Assembly: GCA_024704765.1 (NCBI GenBank) | Contig: JAKMXF010000023.1 | Location: 24,883-88,882, forward strand | DNA length: 64,000 nt | Reading direction: 5' to 3' | From: Oopsacas minuta | Taxonomy: Eukaryota > Animalia > Porifera | Part shown: in pieces, positions 25,749 to 39,516 of the stretch | How positions within the stretch are numbered: position 1 is the first letter of the stretch | Layout of the letters: every line of letters begins with the position of its first letter | Position numbers and translations under genes: made by a program | Notes under the pieces: generated by a model | Databases searched by the model: none | What the model saw: the letters and a program-made list of their open reading frames with translations, nothing else | Told to the model about the DNA's origin: nothing

Positions 25749-26446
25749 TCTATATATAAATAAAACAAAGTGTATGTATGTGTGTCCACGCGTTTTCTCA
25801 GAGATGCCTGGACCGATTCGAACCAAAATTTGTGTGCCGACTAAGTAGTACTCAACCTTCCAAATAAGAAATATTTTTCGAATTGAACCATTTTTGGACA
25901 AGATATGTGAATTTTCACACCTCGCCCATATAAATCAATGCATTTTCGGAGGAATCTGATTGGTCAACGTTGGCCAGTCAGATTCCTTCCTTCGTATATT
26001 ATGAATATGTCTGGGAATTTGGTTCAATCAGATTCTACCAATTACAATAGTTACTATTCACAGTTTATTGATCCCGTGGAGTAATGTGGAGAAAGTGATA
26101 CCCAACTTTCTCCGCATTACTCCACGGCCCTTCACAAAGCCTTCCACAGGAACTATCTTAAAAGGCTAATAAAGTACTTTAGTATAAATAGTACTAATAC
26201 CTCACCTAAAATAAATAACTGCACTTGAAGAATTGACTTAATGTAATGTTGTAGCATCACATTACAAACACTTAAACAAATGCCGCATAGCAATGTAATA
26301 GGTTTTTTGATTGTTCACTAAGAGCTGATACATGTGACCGCGTAGCATTCGCAAACGCCAAAAGAGAATCATGAGGGCCGAAGGCCCGAAAAAGCATTCC
26401 ACAAGAACTAGCAGAAAAGCCGCCCAGAGGGCGGCGTTGCGGCTAG
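25749..26446 (+). mobile_element. Complete non-autonomous Helitron (698 bp)
   Basis: A|TCTATATATAAATAAAA start, 3-prime hairpin GCCGCCC-AGA-GGGCGGC (26419-26435), CTAG|T end, no TSD. Confidence 0.8.
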
Positions 26447-26915
26447 TACTTGATAATAATGTGATATATACAAGTCTAACAATGTCAAAATCTCATATTT
26501 CGTTGTCATCCTAGACGTATAGTGCGTTAAAATAGATCACGTATAACTTATTATACGTTTAATACGGATTTTACAACCAAGCAAATTACATGTAGAGTAT
26601 ATGCAAACCGTATTCCAGTATGATATCGGGAAAAAAAATCAATGGAGTATAATACAAAAGATCGGTAAATCGAGCTAGGGTTCTTATAGCCGGCATCTAT
26701 ATGAACATTTATTCAGGGTAGAGTTGGATACAATTAGGTCTTTTGAACACTTCCAAATATATCATAACCATTTGGCTCTGTTCGGATTATCGAGGGTGTA
26801 CTGTCAGTACTGTACCAGATATATCATTTATTTACACACAAATAAATTCGTATAAATTACAGAAAATAAAATATTAGTAATATTATATTCCAAAAATAGT
26901 TACAAATATCATCAA

Positions 26916-28262
26916 TCAATGACAATTACATATTCCATTATGAATAAATATACTAAGAATAGCAGCTAATGTTATTCCAAAAGAATCAGCTACGCTTACA
27001 ACTCCCATAGAGAACTCTACACGGCTCTTATCTATCTCGTTATTAACACGGTAGAAAGCATTAGCGTATGTTCCTCCACCTAGCAACCCCTCGAATAGCA
27101 CCACAATACACGTTATGAGGATGAAAGGAATAAACTGGAATACAGCCTCACAGTATAGCAACACGAAGTTACAAACCTGTAGGAAAGACATAGCCCATAA
27201 GAACCTAACTCTAAATAAACTAGTACTGGACCGAGACACGAATACTCCTAACTGGTAAAGCATCTGATACAATCTGTATTGCACGTTCTGATTAAAGCAA
27301 GTATTATTGTAGTATAGCAACTCATATAATCCCTGATTAATCATATACTCAAACAGATATACGATAAATAAAGGAAGCATATAGCGTATGAGTTTACGGA
27401 TGAATAGGAAACGGATTAGAAATTGTATAAACTCAGGCCTGTGTTTAGGACTAGTTGCTTGTTCTATTTCATCTGTTTTTACCGGTATATTAGTAGAGCT
27501 AGTCATTGCGACAGAGTTTGTATCGTCAATTTGTTCAGTAGTATCATCGTGGTGTAATAACTGATCCTCACTCTCAGATCTATTCAGCCTACTCCTCCTG
27601 TATATTTCTGAGTTAGGAAGTTTAAGTAATAATATCTGAGGCATGTACAGACAGCCCCAGAATGTTACTGCCATGACACAAGGCACAGCTAATACAAAGT
27701 ATATGACAGTACGAGGAGGTATGAAGGAAGAGAACAAGAGGTAGTACACAGAAGCTATTATACCAGATGCACCTGTCCCGCTAGACCAGGCTACTACAGC
27801 AGTAGGTCCATAGAATGTACACAGACTCAGAAACGTTATTTCTCCTAGACCTGCTTCAATGCTAGCAAATACTACACCAGTTAGTATTAATGGTAAATCA
27901 GAGGCTGTTCCGAGTATAATCAAACTAATAATATTTGATAGAACACAAAAAGCAACTCGCAAATGATAAGATATATAATCAAGACACCAAGGTAGTGTCA
28001 TCTTAAGTATTAGAGTAGGTAGTATGCCAGCAAATAGGATAACACCTGTACCTACTTCATTACACTCCCTTCCTCTAGTATCATTACTACACACAGTGGA
28101 TTTGTTAGGTAGAGTAGAGTTATTACTAATGTCTAGCAGGTCGTATGCAGCACTTATTATCACTACATAGCTGAAGTTAGTACATACACCTAATATCCAG
28201 AATCCGAATATTGTGAAGCCTCGTACTCTGTTGATTTGTTTGTTGGTTGGTTCATGCTTCAT
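26916..28262 (-). CDS. CLN3: Battenin / CLN3 lysosomal membrane protein, 448 aa, single exon
   Basis: FWILGVCTNFSYVVIISAAYDLL, AGLGEITFL, WSSGTGASG, FIVYLFEYMINQG, YQLGVFVSRSS, EGLLGGGTYAN, DSFGI motifs. Confidence 0.95.
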   Translation of the reverse strand: MKHEPTNKQINRVRGFTIFGFWILGVCTNFSYVVIISAAYDLLDISNNSTLPNKSTVCSNDTRGRECNEVGTGVILFAGILPTLILKMTLPWCLDYISYHLRVAFCVLSNIISLIILGTASDLPLILTGVVFASIEAGLGEITFLSLCTFYGPTAVVAWSSGTGASGIIASVYYLLFSSFIPPRTVIYFVLAVPCVMAVTFWGCLYMPQILLLKLPNSEIYRRSRLNRSESEDQLLHHDDTTEQIDDTNSVAMTSSTNIPVKTDEIEQATSPKHRPEFIQFLIRFLFIRKLIRYMLPLFIVYLFEYMINQGLYELLYYNNTCFNQNVQYRLYQMLYQLGVFVSRSSTSLFRVRFLWAMSFLQVCNFVLLYCEAVFQFIPFILITCIVVLFEGLLGGGTYANAFYRVNNEIDKSRVEFSMGVVSVADSFGITLAAILSIFIHNGICNCH

Positions 28263-28421
28263 ATAAATCGTATTGCTGTTATGAGGGATTAATTAAAAGA
28301 GTGTATTTCTAGGATACTAATCTAAGGAAATAAGAATCGAATGCAAGGTTAAATCTGTTATATAGAATACTCCACGAGCTTGTAAATATTAATGGAAGGA
28401 ATTTTTAAAATGCAAAGTGTT

Positions 28422-28782
28422 CAGAGTTGGAACCAATTCCGTTTTCTCGGGTCGGGTTGGGTCGGGTTCGAAGTTGATCAGTTCGAACTTTGTGTGTAAT
28501 TTTAAATTCAACGGTTTAAATCTATTTTTGAAAGATTATAATGAAATTGCCTCAAAAGGACATTTACGGCAGTGGTTCTCAACCTGGGTCCGCGGACACC
28601 ATAAAATGAACTAAAGAGGTCCGCGGGAGAAACAAGGTTGAGAATCAATGATTTACGGGATAGATATTACTAAAGCATAATATTAAAAGAACAAATTTTC
28701 CTTTCTACACTTATTTACACTTCAGGTTCAGTCGGGTTCGGGTCCGGTCGGGTTCTGAAAAGTGGACCCGATTCCAAATCTG
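28422..28782. mobile_element. hAT-type MITE with GGGTC subterminal repeats
   Basis: Ends CAGAGTTGGAACC and GATTCCAAATCTG; degenerate 8-bp TSD AAAGTGTT / AAAGGGAT. Confidence 0.6.
28570..28650. mobile_element. 81-bp hAT (Charlie-like) MITE nested in the previous element
   Basis: TIR CAGTGGTTCTCAACCT / AGGTTGAGAATCAATG; perfect TSD ATTTACGG. Confidence 0.8.
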
Positions 28783-29750
28783 AAAGGGATGGCGTAGAAT
28801 TAAACCTATATACCTAAGGACAATGTATTTCGAAAATGGATATTTCCCAAGAACAATTCGGGAATGGAATTCTCTCCCTTATCTATTCTATCAATAGTTC
28901 TCCCGACGAGTTTCGAACTTGGCTATCAAATCAGTTCACTAACATTTCGTAATTAATAAACTTGAAACGTATTATTTTCTTCATTGTTCATTGTTCCTGT
29001 TTTGTTATATGTTTCTTTCAAATAGCAATCAGCTTCTTTATAAGATAGCGGGCTATTAAGCATTCAAACATTTAGATAATAATGTACTATGGATGGAATA
29101 TATGCGGGTTTTTCCGCACATACGTCACTTGTTTACCGCGGCATTAGCGGGGGTCCTAGCTACGCCACATATAATGAAAGATTATTGGAGGTCAAGAAGT
29201 TGTCCCTCCTTAACCTATTACAATATACGCTATGGTTACCAAAATTTGGCTTGCAGGGTCGCTCCAGCGGGCTGTTTACTTAAGGTTATTTGTGCAAAAG
29301 ATATTACAGTTACATTGAGATGCAGCAAATTGCTAACTAGCTCGTGTTGTAAATCTTACAATTACCAACATCTTATATAGAATAACGAAGAAGCTAATCT
29401 ATTAGTAAACAAATAAGAGCATGTTTCGAAGAGAACACTCCTCAAAATGGAATGAGTTCCAATAACCTTCCGTTTCCTTATGCATAAATGCACTCAATTA
29501 AATCTCTGGCATCATCATAGAATACTACCCAATAGACAGATGGAAAAGTCACAAAATAATATAGAAATCCGTTAATCCGTAAACCATAGAGAGGCCCGCC
29601 GATACTCCCAACGTCAGGGATCTGTAACTACGTAACTGCCCTCTGACAAGTCTTCTAGTTGTAATATCAACAGTTCTACTGTACGCATATTCAAATATAG
29701 AAAAATGCATTTACTAATGAAAATACAGTAATCACATGCAGTGAAAAATG

Positions 29751-32700
29751 CTAAGCGAATTCGTAGCTGTCACAAGCAATAGCAGCAATAATCTTACACT
29801 TCATAGTATCATAGTCTCTGTAACAAGGCATTTGTATAGACCGACTACATGTAGCTGCTGTCGGGAGGGGAGCTTCCATGCCTCCTACCTGAGTTGCATG
29901 AATATTTAATACCATACTGTCCCCGGATAATAGAGCTGAACCTGTACCGAAGTATAGGAACTGTTGTCTCTGACTATTAGTCATCTTACGAATAAGCTTG
30001 AAGAAGTTTTTCACGAAACTTGCCTTCTCCGCTTCTGATGAGGATGGATTGAATGAAATATTTGTCTGTTGCTTTAGTCTAGTGTAAGATACAGTTGTAT
30101 TACCACCTGATAACAACAGCTGTAGATCTTCAGCTGTCAATCCTTGTGTGAGATCAGGTGGTATTATCATTCTAAACCCTGTCTTCATCTCCTCCAGCTC
30201 TTGCTTAACACTACCAATCATAAGATACATAGAATATAGACGTACATACTCACGTATATTATCAGGTGTAACAGGTATGGATTTACCACCTGGCTTTATT
30301 TCACATATTGTTCCATTCACTGTTGCATCAAAGTTAAGCATATAAATGCTCTGGAACACTTCATGTGTCATTTCCTCTTCCTGGCAGTGTACGATCATTC
30401 TACGTAGGCCCTCGTATAAGTCTGCATTATAGAATCCAACGTCATGCCAGGATATCTGTCTGTCTAGCAAGTATTTGAGTACGTGACGAGATAGGACCAG
30501 AGGAATGGCTTGTTTGGAGTAAAGACACATACCGAAGAACTTCCCAATTGCCTGAAGAGAGCATTGCATGTAAATAATTAATAAGACAATTCAAATACTA
30601 TATTAAATGAGTCATAAGCAGTCTCTCTCTCTATATTCAGTGAAATCTAGTTATAAGGAAGTGTTCGGGACCTCTGTTCCATTGCGATAATTATACATAT
30701 GCTCAATTTTAGCTGTAAGGAGAAAATCAATATCTTTCAAGTTACAGTAGAGCCTCGGTCATTCGAACAGCTGGAAGACATTTAGTTGTGAAAATTGTTC
30801 AAATTTCATCTCAGAATGGAGCTTTAGACTACTGTAATATGCCTCTATATAGGAAATAATATAGATATGCAGGAGAGGGCTGCACTTGCACTCAAACAAA
30901 TAATGAGCGCTTTACTAAAATCTTGTGGGAAACACTCTTAGTAAGGATCACGTTTACAACCGGGTTTGCAGTATAATGAAATATTTTACAGTCGTATGCG
31001 ACAAAAACGATGTAAAGAGTTACAGTGAGCCTCGTTAATAAGAACAAATACGAATTTCCAGATAAGACGAACAGATATATACACAAAATCAGGTCCCTAT
31101 ATGTTTAATAAATTGGTGTTACTACGGTTAATACGAACTCCGGATTAAGCGAACAAATTCAGAACGTCTGTTTCTATTCGCATTAACGAGGTTCCATTGT
31201 ATATGATCAATTGATCACGTATTTATAGGTTCAACAGTCTCCAAACAACCTATACTATACAAATAACTTATACATAGCTCAGCTATACTATAGTACAGTT
31301 TTTGTGTATTAGCTTTTCTATGTTCGAGGGAAGGTCATTTGTTAGGCCTAATGAAAGTCACCTTTTTGGAATGAGGGTATGGGGTTATATATTACAAAAA
31401 ACTGTACTATACTATAGTTGAGCTATATATAAGGAATCTGTAAACTATATTCAAAATGCCAAACATTCAATTCAAGGATAGACAATAAATATCGGTTAAA
31501 ACTCTCTGATAAGATAGAAGGGAAATTTCCCAATACAATAAATATCGGTTAAAAATTTCTAAAATAGAAAATTTATCAAAATATCCGAAATAAATAATTG
31601 AAAATTTCAATATTTTCGATAGAATTTCGGAATGTAGGATATTTCGATATTTTCAAAACCGATACTTCGGTGCCAAACATTGCATTAATTATTACTTACT
31701 CTATAATAAGTTAGCCTTTCTATCTGCAATGCATTATCAGAGGCCAGCAGAGTAGGAGTAGGAGCATAAAAGGTAGCTTGTTCAGGAATCTTACCAGGTT
31801 CATGAAATAAACTCTCCGTGTCAAGAGGTAATTTCTCGTCAGATTTAAGAGCATTAGCAAGTGCTGTATAGAATCCAGCAATCACACCGGCTCCACCACC
31901 TTGCTCTCCTTCAAATGTAACATTAAAGAATCCTGAGGGAGTAAAAGCGAGAGAATATATCTTGCTAAGACTATCCTTCAATAGTTCACTTCTATTAACC
32001 GTCAATTGCATAGAACTATAACCAGACATTGATTGCGTTATATTCATCCTTTCAATAAGATTATAGAAGCGAGCTTTCTTACCAACGAAACCAGCACGAG
32101 CTATCAGGAAGTTATCCGGTTCATTAGATGGGCCTGTACCTACGAATACGTCTACAAATGCTTTTATTACATTCTTCCATCTATTTATTAACTCCTGTGT
32201 ATTCAGTTGACATATAGAGAGGGATGGATTAGCTTGTAACTGTGTGTAGGATAACACATTAAGGTTGTTAGTTGGTTTATTAGGAGATGATATTACGTGT
32301 GTGGGAGTAGTAGGAACACTGAATAAAATTGTATTAGAAGCCTCAGGCTTGAGGAGGTGAGGTTTCTCTGCTAGCGGAATGTCTATTTTGAGAGGAATCT
32401 TAAAGTTAGGCTCTGCTATTTGTTGTTGTTTGTGTTTAGACACGATAAGAGAGGGCTGACGTAAGAAGAAGTTAGAATCAGTCTTTGGAGTATTAGACAC
32501 AGGAGTGGCAGTAGGAGTATGTAACGTAATATGAGTGCATTTTTCCCAATTACTAGCGAAGTATATGTGTGCATCTAATATGAATGCTACATGCTCATAG
32601 GATTGTATATCAATTACAGGCAACAAGTTACTAGATTCTCCAGTATGAAGACATAGCAGATAGTTAGTGTAATCACCGAATTTAGTTAGAGGTGTGTAAT

Positions 32701-35700
32701 TATTCGCATCTCTGGTGGATAGATTATTCAGATCACCGGGAGGTAGAGTATGTGTGTAACGAGAATCAAGTTTGAATCTCTTCCCCTGCTCTAACTGATT
32801 CTCAGCTAAATCCAGCAGTCTAGCTGCCCATTGGAATGCGGGCTCAACAAGTTCAGGTAGATTACTTAACATACGGGATTGTGTAGTTGCTGGTAAGCTC
32901 ACATTAGGAAGGTCTGTGTAGAGATCATTAGAATCAGAGTCATCAGGTAATGGAAGTAATAATTTGAGAGCTGCTTTCATGATCCGTGAGAATGTTCTGG
33001 CTAGGATTATACCTCCATTGAGGGTATTTAGGGGACTTTGGATCTGAGGTTGCTGGAACAATCCGGGAATATTCTGTGGTTGATAACCAGTAAGAGTATT
33101 CTCTAGTCCATCTACTAACCATGAGATACGAGATCCACCAGAATTATAGGGACGATTTGTTGTCTGTTGCATTACACCAACTGTTTGATTATATTCTTCT
33201 TCATCATTAGACTCCTCATATTCATCTCTTTCTGCTACATCAGTTGTTACTGCAGGTTGATAAGTTATATCTTCATCCTCATCGGCAGAATCTGAACCAG
33301 AGCTAGCTATATCAATGAAATCATCGGGTCCCCAATGGTCACTACGCTCTCTCTTTTCTTTTGTTCTAACCTCCAGCTTTTTAACAGCTAGTTCAGAGAA
33401 TGGGAGTTTTAACCCAGTCTGTGGGAGTGAAGGTAGTTCTAAAGAAGTAGTGGCTATCACCTGGACATGCTGATGATGAAATATTTGCCTTATTGTTGAA
33501 GATTGTGGTTGATTATTGATTTGAAATGCCTTCTGCTGTTGTTCAGTGAAATTGATAGTTTGATAATGTTTCAGATTTCCTGTAATGATAGGCCAGCACA
33601 ATCCCTGAGCAGCTATAAATAGCTCCTGCACTGATAAAGAATTGAAAGCTCGTAACACACTGAATACTCTATCTCTTATAGTACTCATATTAATTTGTGT
33701 ATTAGATGTAGAGGAGCCTTGTACATTATCTAACAGTTTGTCTGATACAATAGCTTTAGTGTATAGTCTTACTAAAGACTGTACAAACTTCTTAACAACA
33801 GTAATTACGTATTTGTCCTCTTCTTCAAGGGTTAGGCCTACTTTTGAGTTTGTAAACATCTGTAGAAGCAAATCAGGTTGTATCTGCTCTATCTTAGACA
33901 TTATGACCTGTAGTATTGTTTTCAATACAGAGCTAGTAGAGTTAAGGATTAGCGATAAAGTAAAAGAGTCTCTCTGTGAGAAACTGGAATCTTCAGGAGG
34001 TCTGGAATTCAAAATAGCTGTAGATAGTATAGTCCATGAATTGGCTAAAATGTACAGAATAGACTCAATCTCTACAGAAATCATATCAACATGTTCTGTA
34101 GCTACTTCACTGGCATCATTGTCAGTAGTAACTTGTGTAGTGAGATTGAATAGATTTTGAGGTTGCTGTAGAGACCTTAACATACCTATAGGTTGCATGC
34201 CTACAGGTTGCATACCTATAGGTTGCATGCCCATAGGTTGCATACCAAAGCCTTGAAATTGTTGCTGGACAATGCTCTGTTGGATTTTAGGCTCAGCCAA
34301 GGCGGTTTTTCCAAAAGTAAACTTGTAAGTTGTATCACTGATATGATGCATATCTTCTAGGTAAGCTACTAACAAACGATCACATAGAATAGATGATAGA
34401 ATATCCTCTTGACCCGCTTGTTGTTGTGGTGATAATACTTCAATCAATCTCTTCACAAGAGAAACACGTGATAACTCAGTCTGTATTTTATCATCTGGTC
34501 GTGTGGTGTAGGACTGCACCATATCAACATTCCAACTAGCATGGAATAATTCCTGACCATAATATTGCTGTACATTTATTACAAAGTTATATTGTGACAA
34601 GCGAAGACCAGATATTTGGTTAGATTGCAGATCGCAAATAGCGTCTCTCATCTCCCTGACATCAGAAAAGGCTACTAAGAATTCAATAGAATTACTTACT
34701 GAAGCGAAAGACGGATACTTATTATCTACCTCACATAGATATTTAAACTGGGAAATGGAATTCCGTAATGATGGTTGCGATAGGACAGTTTCCTTCGTTA
34801 TTGGGTTCTCCTCACGAATATTAGCCTCACATCTGTAAGCAGATGGGTACCGATTCTGTATATACGAAAGTAATGATCGGGGAGATATTTCTGTAGTTTG
34901 AAAACCTGAATTAGGCAGCTGTATCAATAACGTTTTCAGACCAAATTCACAATAAGGTAACGCTGAGTTGAATAGAAGAACTTGTATAGGAAGTAATTCA
35001 TCATCTCCTGACTGAGCTATAGCATCCTCGTACAGATGAGATTGCTGACGTAATGAAGCAGGATTACTTGGCATATTATCTATGTAATCTAGTAGCATAG
35101 TAGCTGATGCAAGATCTTGGTTCTTAAGAGCTAGCATGAATGGAGTGTAGCCTGATACATCTCTCTGACAAAGTAGATGATGTATGACGTCAGTTAGTGC
35201 TGGAAGAGATAAGAAGTAGTTGAGTATATTTGTTAAGGATGGTTGTAGAAAAGATTCCGTGTTTTCTGAGTACCTTTTCCAACGAATTTCTTCAAAACTG
35301 TTCGTAAAGTAAGATTTATCAAATTTTATGCAATCTGGTGTATCTTTTAGTTTTCCAGAAACCTTTTGTGATGTATTTCTGTAGAAATTCGAATGAATAC
35401 AAGTGTGTAGAATATTTTTGTTCCCGCAAGATTTTCCCAGGAAAAAAGTAGATTCTTCCAAAGTCAGATAATTTCTCTCAGATTGAGTTTCAGATAATTC
35501 CGGTGAAATTTTAGGTCTTTTAACCTGTTCATATTCCCCACTAGGAGGTGTTATAGACTTGTGTATATACTTTTCAGTTAGTTCCTTAACTAATTCTAAA
35601 TTATCATCCTCAATAGCTCTAATCATTGTCTTATCCTTACCCACACACAGTAGCACAATATACTCATCACTCTTGATGAGTAGTCTACTCATAGAGATAG

Positions 35701-38700
35701 ACTCAAATGCAGTGGGTACATGACAGAACGGAGGGACTAATCTGTAGAAGGATTGTATAGGTCTAATATAACCGTGAGAGTCCAGGAGAATCTGAGTATT
35801 AGAGCAAGACGATGCTACGAATTTAGCAGAGGGTAATTTGGTTGCTAGGAGACCAGATATGGCAGCTGGAATGCTCTCTTCATCACAAGTAGCATTGTTC
35901 CAATTTAATTTATTTTTAACTGATCCAGAAAATACTCTAGGAGTAGATTGCTTGTTATTGGAGAGAGCTGAATCGAGTAAGAATATTTTATTATCACACA
36001 ATCTCTCTAGCAGGAGGAAGGGGCCGTCTATGTGGCTAGTTAGAGAAATACATCTAAAAGAAAATATATAATTAGAGCTGAATAAAATATTTGAAGAATA
36101 AATTCTGAGACTGTAGGATTACGATGTGCGTGGTTTTACCTTTCGTCATATCAGTGATGGTAAAATGGGACGTATTTCCCTTATTAATAATGTTTCTAAA
36201 TGAATGTATATTATTTGATTTGTTTGTTTGATTATTATAATTTACATCAAAAGGAGTATTTGTTTGATAATTTCGTACGAATATTCGCATATTCTGCGAT
36301 ATTCGTTTGAACTGGCTATCCCTAAATAATTGAACACAACACTAACCTGAATCCTGTAATAACTCCAGATCCTACTAGTCTCTCTTCAGGATCTAACAAG
36401 CATGTAGGTAGTATCTGTACTAGGCCCTGAGGAGTGTTAACAGACTCTTTATCCTCTAAACTGATATCAACTCTATCTTTGCTTCTATTTACTACTTGTA
36501 GCTTGTCAAGAGGGAATACTTTAATACATCCTGAGGCAAATTCACTTGACTCTGTATTCTAGAATAATTCGATAAACTATATATATTAATACAATGCCTA
36601 GAGCCTCTGACTGGAGCGGAGAGGCCCGAAAATAAGCACATAGTACCCAAATATTGTGATATCTGATTATTCAATGAAATATAGATTTGTGGAGGCTCCT
36701 TGGGGCGTAGGGCCAGGCCGAATGGCCCTCCTGACCCCCTCTCAGAGGACCTGGTAAAACTCATAAATGACATAATGAAGTCCGTATTTGGATTTTCACA
36801 CTTTTGAGATGTCATATGCTTGTTTTGAAAATGCAGTAAATAATACACAAAAACTTCCACTTGGTTTTATACTTTAAAGAGGAATAAATAAATTACTGGG
36901 TTCATCTAATGTTATGCAAGTACAGTGAATCTCACATGGAGGATTATTGTGATGACTATAGCAGTAGATTATTACAGGGAGAGTTTTGAGTTTGCAAAAA
37001 TTTTCCAAAATTTCATCTCAACAGGAAACTTTATATTCCTTCAATACTGTGTCAGTCCTTTCCAAACAGGCTGGAACTAAGTATGCCTTCGGGTGATGTA
37101 ATTATCATTTTTGAGTCTATTTCACTCATTTTAGGTTAAAATATAAATGTCATTACGTACAGGGTTTTAGATAACCAAGATCAACACCTGTGCCCAAAAT
37201 CTCACACAGGAACAGGTGAATATGCAAGGATACTTCCTAGACCCCCGTACCTAATTTTGAAATGATATACAGCCCCGTGCTAGTAATCTATATGATTAAA
37301 TCTCAATTTGTGTGTGCATGCGTCTGTCACGCTCCCATATAGAAAGCAGACAGGTTTAGTCCATAAATTCCAGAACCAAATATTATACAACATTATACTG
37401 GCGTAATGGAGTATGCTGAGCCCGTAAATGGTATTGTAAACAACATATTGTGAATATTTGGTTACTTTTGGGGATATAATTAAGCAGATTTTAAGATTGT
37501 GGTAGTATCATGTTTGCTACGGTTAAGATTATGAGTTTATGCATTCGAGGGCTGTAGTATTAATACCGTGTAGCGTGAGCAAGCGAAGCGCGTAGTATAA
37601 TATAATATCATATAGCAGGGCAGCATACGTATATGTCATGTTATTACCTGTGCAGTGTTGATGACTGCTAAACCATTATCCACAGCAATAACACGACCCA
37701 GAACCACATGATCTTCTAAACTAACAGTTTTACTCAATTCCCATCTAACCTCTTTCCCTTCACCACTCAGTAGCTTAACTTGTATGTAATCAGAGTTTGT
37801 ATCTAAGGTTACCATTGTAGCAAGGATAGGATGGTAGGGTGTAGTTAGGTTAAGTAGTAGACATCCTGGGGTACAAGGTGAGGAGCTATTTAGAGACACA
37901 AATGAATTTACACTGATTGGTTCAGAGCTTTGTGATCTAGAGGATGACTTCTGTTTCTTATCAGTAGGCAGTAGACCCCACCAGAATACACGTCCCGATT
38001 TAGAGAGCAGATAGGAGGCTGTCTCTGAGACAGAGAGAGATATAATCGTGTCGCCTGATGGGAGTCTAACAGAGAGGAGAGGATGAGATAGAGTAGTTAT
38101 CAGATTACTACCGGATGTATTATCTGTATAACGTGTTATACTAGTGTCATAGAATGTAGCTACCTTCCCTGATAGAGTAGCAATAGAGACACGGAGTCTA
38201 GCAGCTGACAGACATATTATCTCTTCCCCTGTCAGCTGGAGATCAGCTGATTTAGGGTGAAGTGATACTTCTGTCTCTTCTAGTGACCAGCTATACAACT
38301 GTCCTTTGCTAACCAATATTATCTCTGACGTCACTATAGCCATACAAGTGAATACTTGATCGATTGGAGTCCATTCAACTTCTGAAAATAGTAACATATC
38401 ATTCAGCCTCAGTCCGTTAATATCTCTTAGATTAGAATCACTAGTCTCTACTGGCATAACTGGGTTTATACTCTCAGTAGTCAGTATAGGGGGAGCCAAT
38501 TGATTAGATATATTCTGTGGATTAATGGTTGGTAGTAAATGTGGGTGGAAGACAGATGTTTGTATTGGTGGAGGGAACTGAATAGCAGTAGTCTCTACTT
38601 GTTGTGAAGTAACATCTGTTTGTGGGTGTAGAGAGGAAGAGGAAGGAAATTCGTTAGTTACTTCCAACTTTATACGACCTGCTCGTCCTTGCTTGGTTAG

Positions 38701-38949
38701 GAGAGCAATACAGTTAGAACTAATCATACATTGTTGTAACTCACTAGCAGATACAGTATTATTATCAGAGTTATCCTCCGATATAGAAATAGCGGGAGGA
38801 GAGGGAGATGAGATAGGGATGGAGAGTTGTGATGGATTATTCTCTGTTAGAGATAGTACTAGTCTGTTTTGGAAGGCTACTAAGCTCTCTCCTGACTGGA
38901 CTGGTAGTAAGTGAAGAAATGGAGAAGTAGAATTGTATACATTCGACAT
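29751..38949 (-). CDS. UBR5: UBR5/EDD/hyperplastic-discs-like HECT E3 ubiquitin ligase, about 2222 aa; exons 38949-37648, 36558-36347, 36053-31700, 30551-29751
   Basis: All three introns are GT-AG with matching phases (0, 2, 0). UBR5-like blocks: KVATFYD, GRVFWWGLLP, NILHTCI, GYTPFMLA, LPVIDIQSYEHVA, IPLAEKPHLLKP, RW..F. HECT VTFEGEQGGGAGV and C-terminal LPTAATC with the catalytic Cys. Confidence 0.88.
31267..31433. mobile_element. MITE with about 38-bp imperfect terminal inverted repeats (UBR5 intron 3)
   Basis: CTTATACATAGCTCAGCTATACTATAGTACAGTTTTTG and its near-perfect reverse complement at 31395-31433. Confidence 0.6.
37287..37595 (+). mobile_element. Non-autonomous Helitron-like repeat (family B) in UBR5 intron 1
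   Basis: A|TCTATATGATTAAATCTCAATTTG start and GCGAAGCGC-GTAG|T end; homologous to 6796-7136. Confidence 0.6.
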
Positions 38950-39516
38950 TATAATGAAGCTAACAATAATTTGGGATTTGTAATTTAGAAAGGAACGAAC
39001 ACGTGTACAAGAAGAAAGTTTAATTAAATGTTTCCTGCTCGGGCGCTCATTTAGCCTTAGAAATCACCGAATATTGTAGAATGACGCAGGCGAGACACAC
39101 CGGTCTGGCTAATTTCCTGTAAAATATCCATAGGATTATTATAATTGTGAGTATCAAGTTCTGCTATACCTATTTTGAATTACTTGTAACATTAGAGTAA
39201 AAATAAATAGACCAGTTGGTATTTAATCACTAGGTGTTTACGTATAGAAATGTGCCCCAATGTCCTACACATGACCAGTAATATTATCGGAGGTACGACT
39301 CTGCCGGACCACGAGCCCGTAACTACACTATTAGCCACTGAAAGATATCTCAGTATCACATTCAATTACTATCTGGAAATTTGTGAGTACATATTAATCA
39401 TATGATATATTGAAAATAAAATATATGATTATACGTAACACTAAACACAATTATTACAAGAGAAGATATAGTTCTGTTCTAAAAGAGTAAATAACAAATA
39501 TTATGAAAATATACAT

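Noticed and set aside
33642-34160. Antisense ORFs over long genes (also 11187-11591, 22763-23218, 45015-45257, 47298-47714)
   Set aside because: Shadow or alternative frames of real CDSs, with no independent features.
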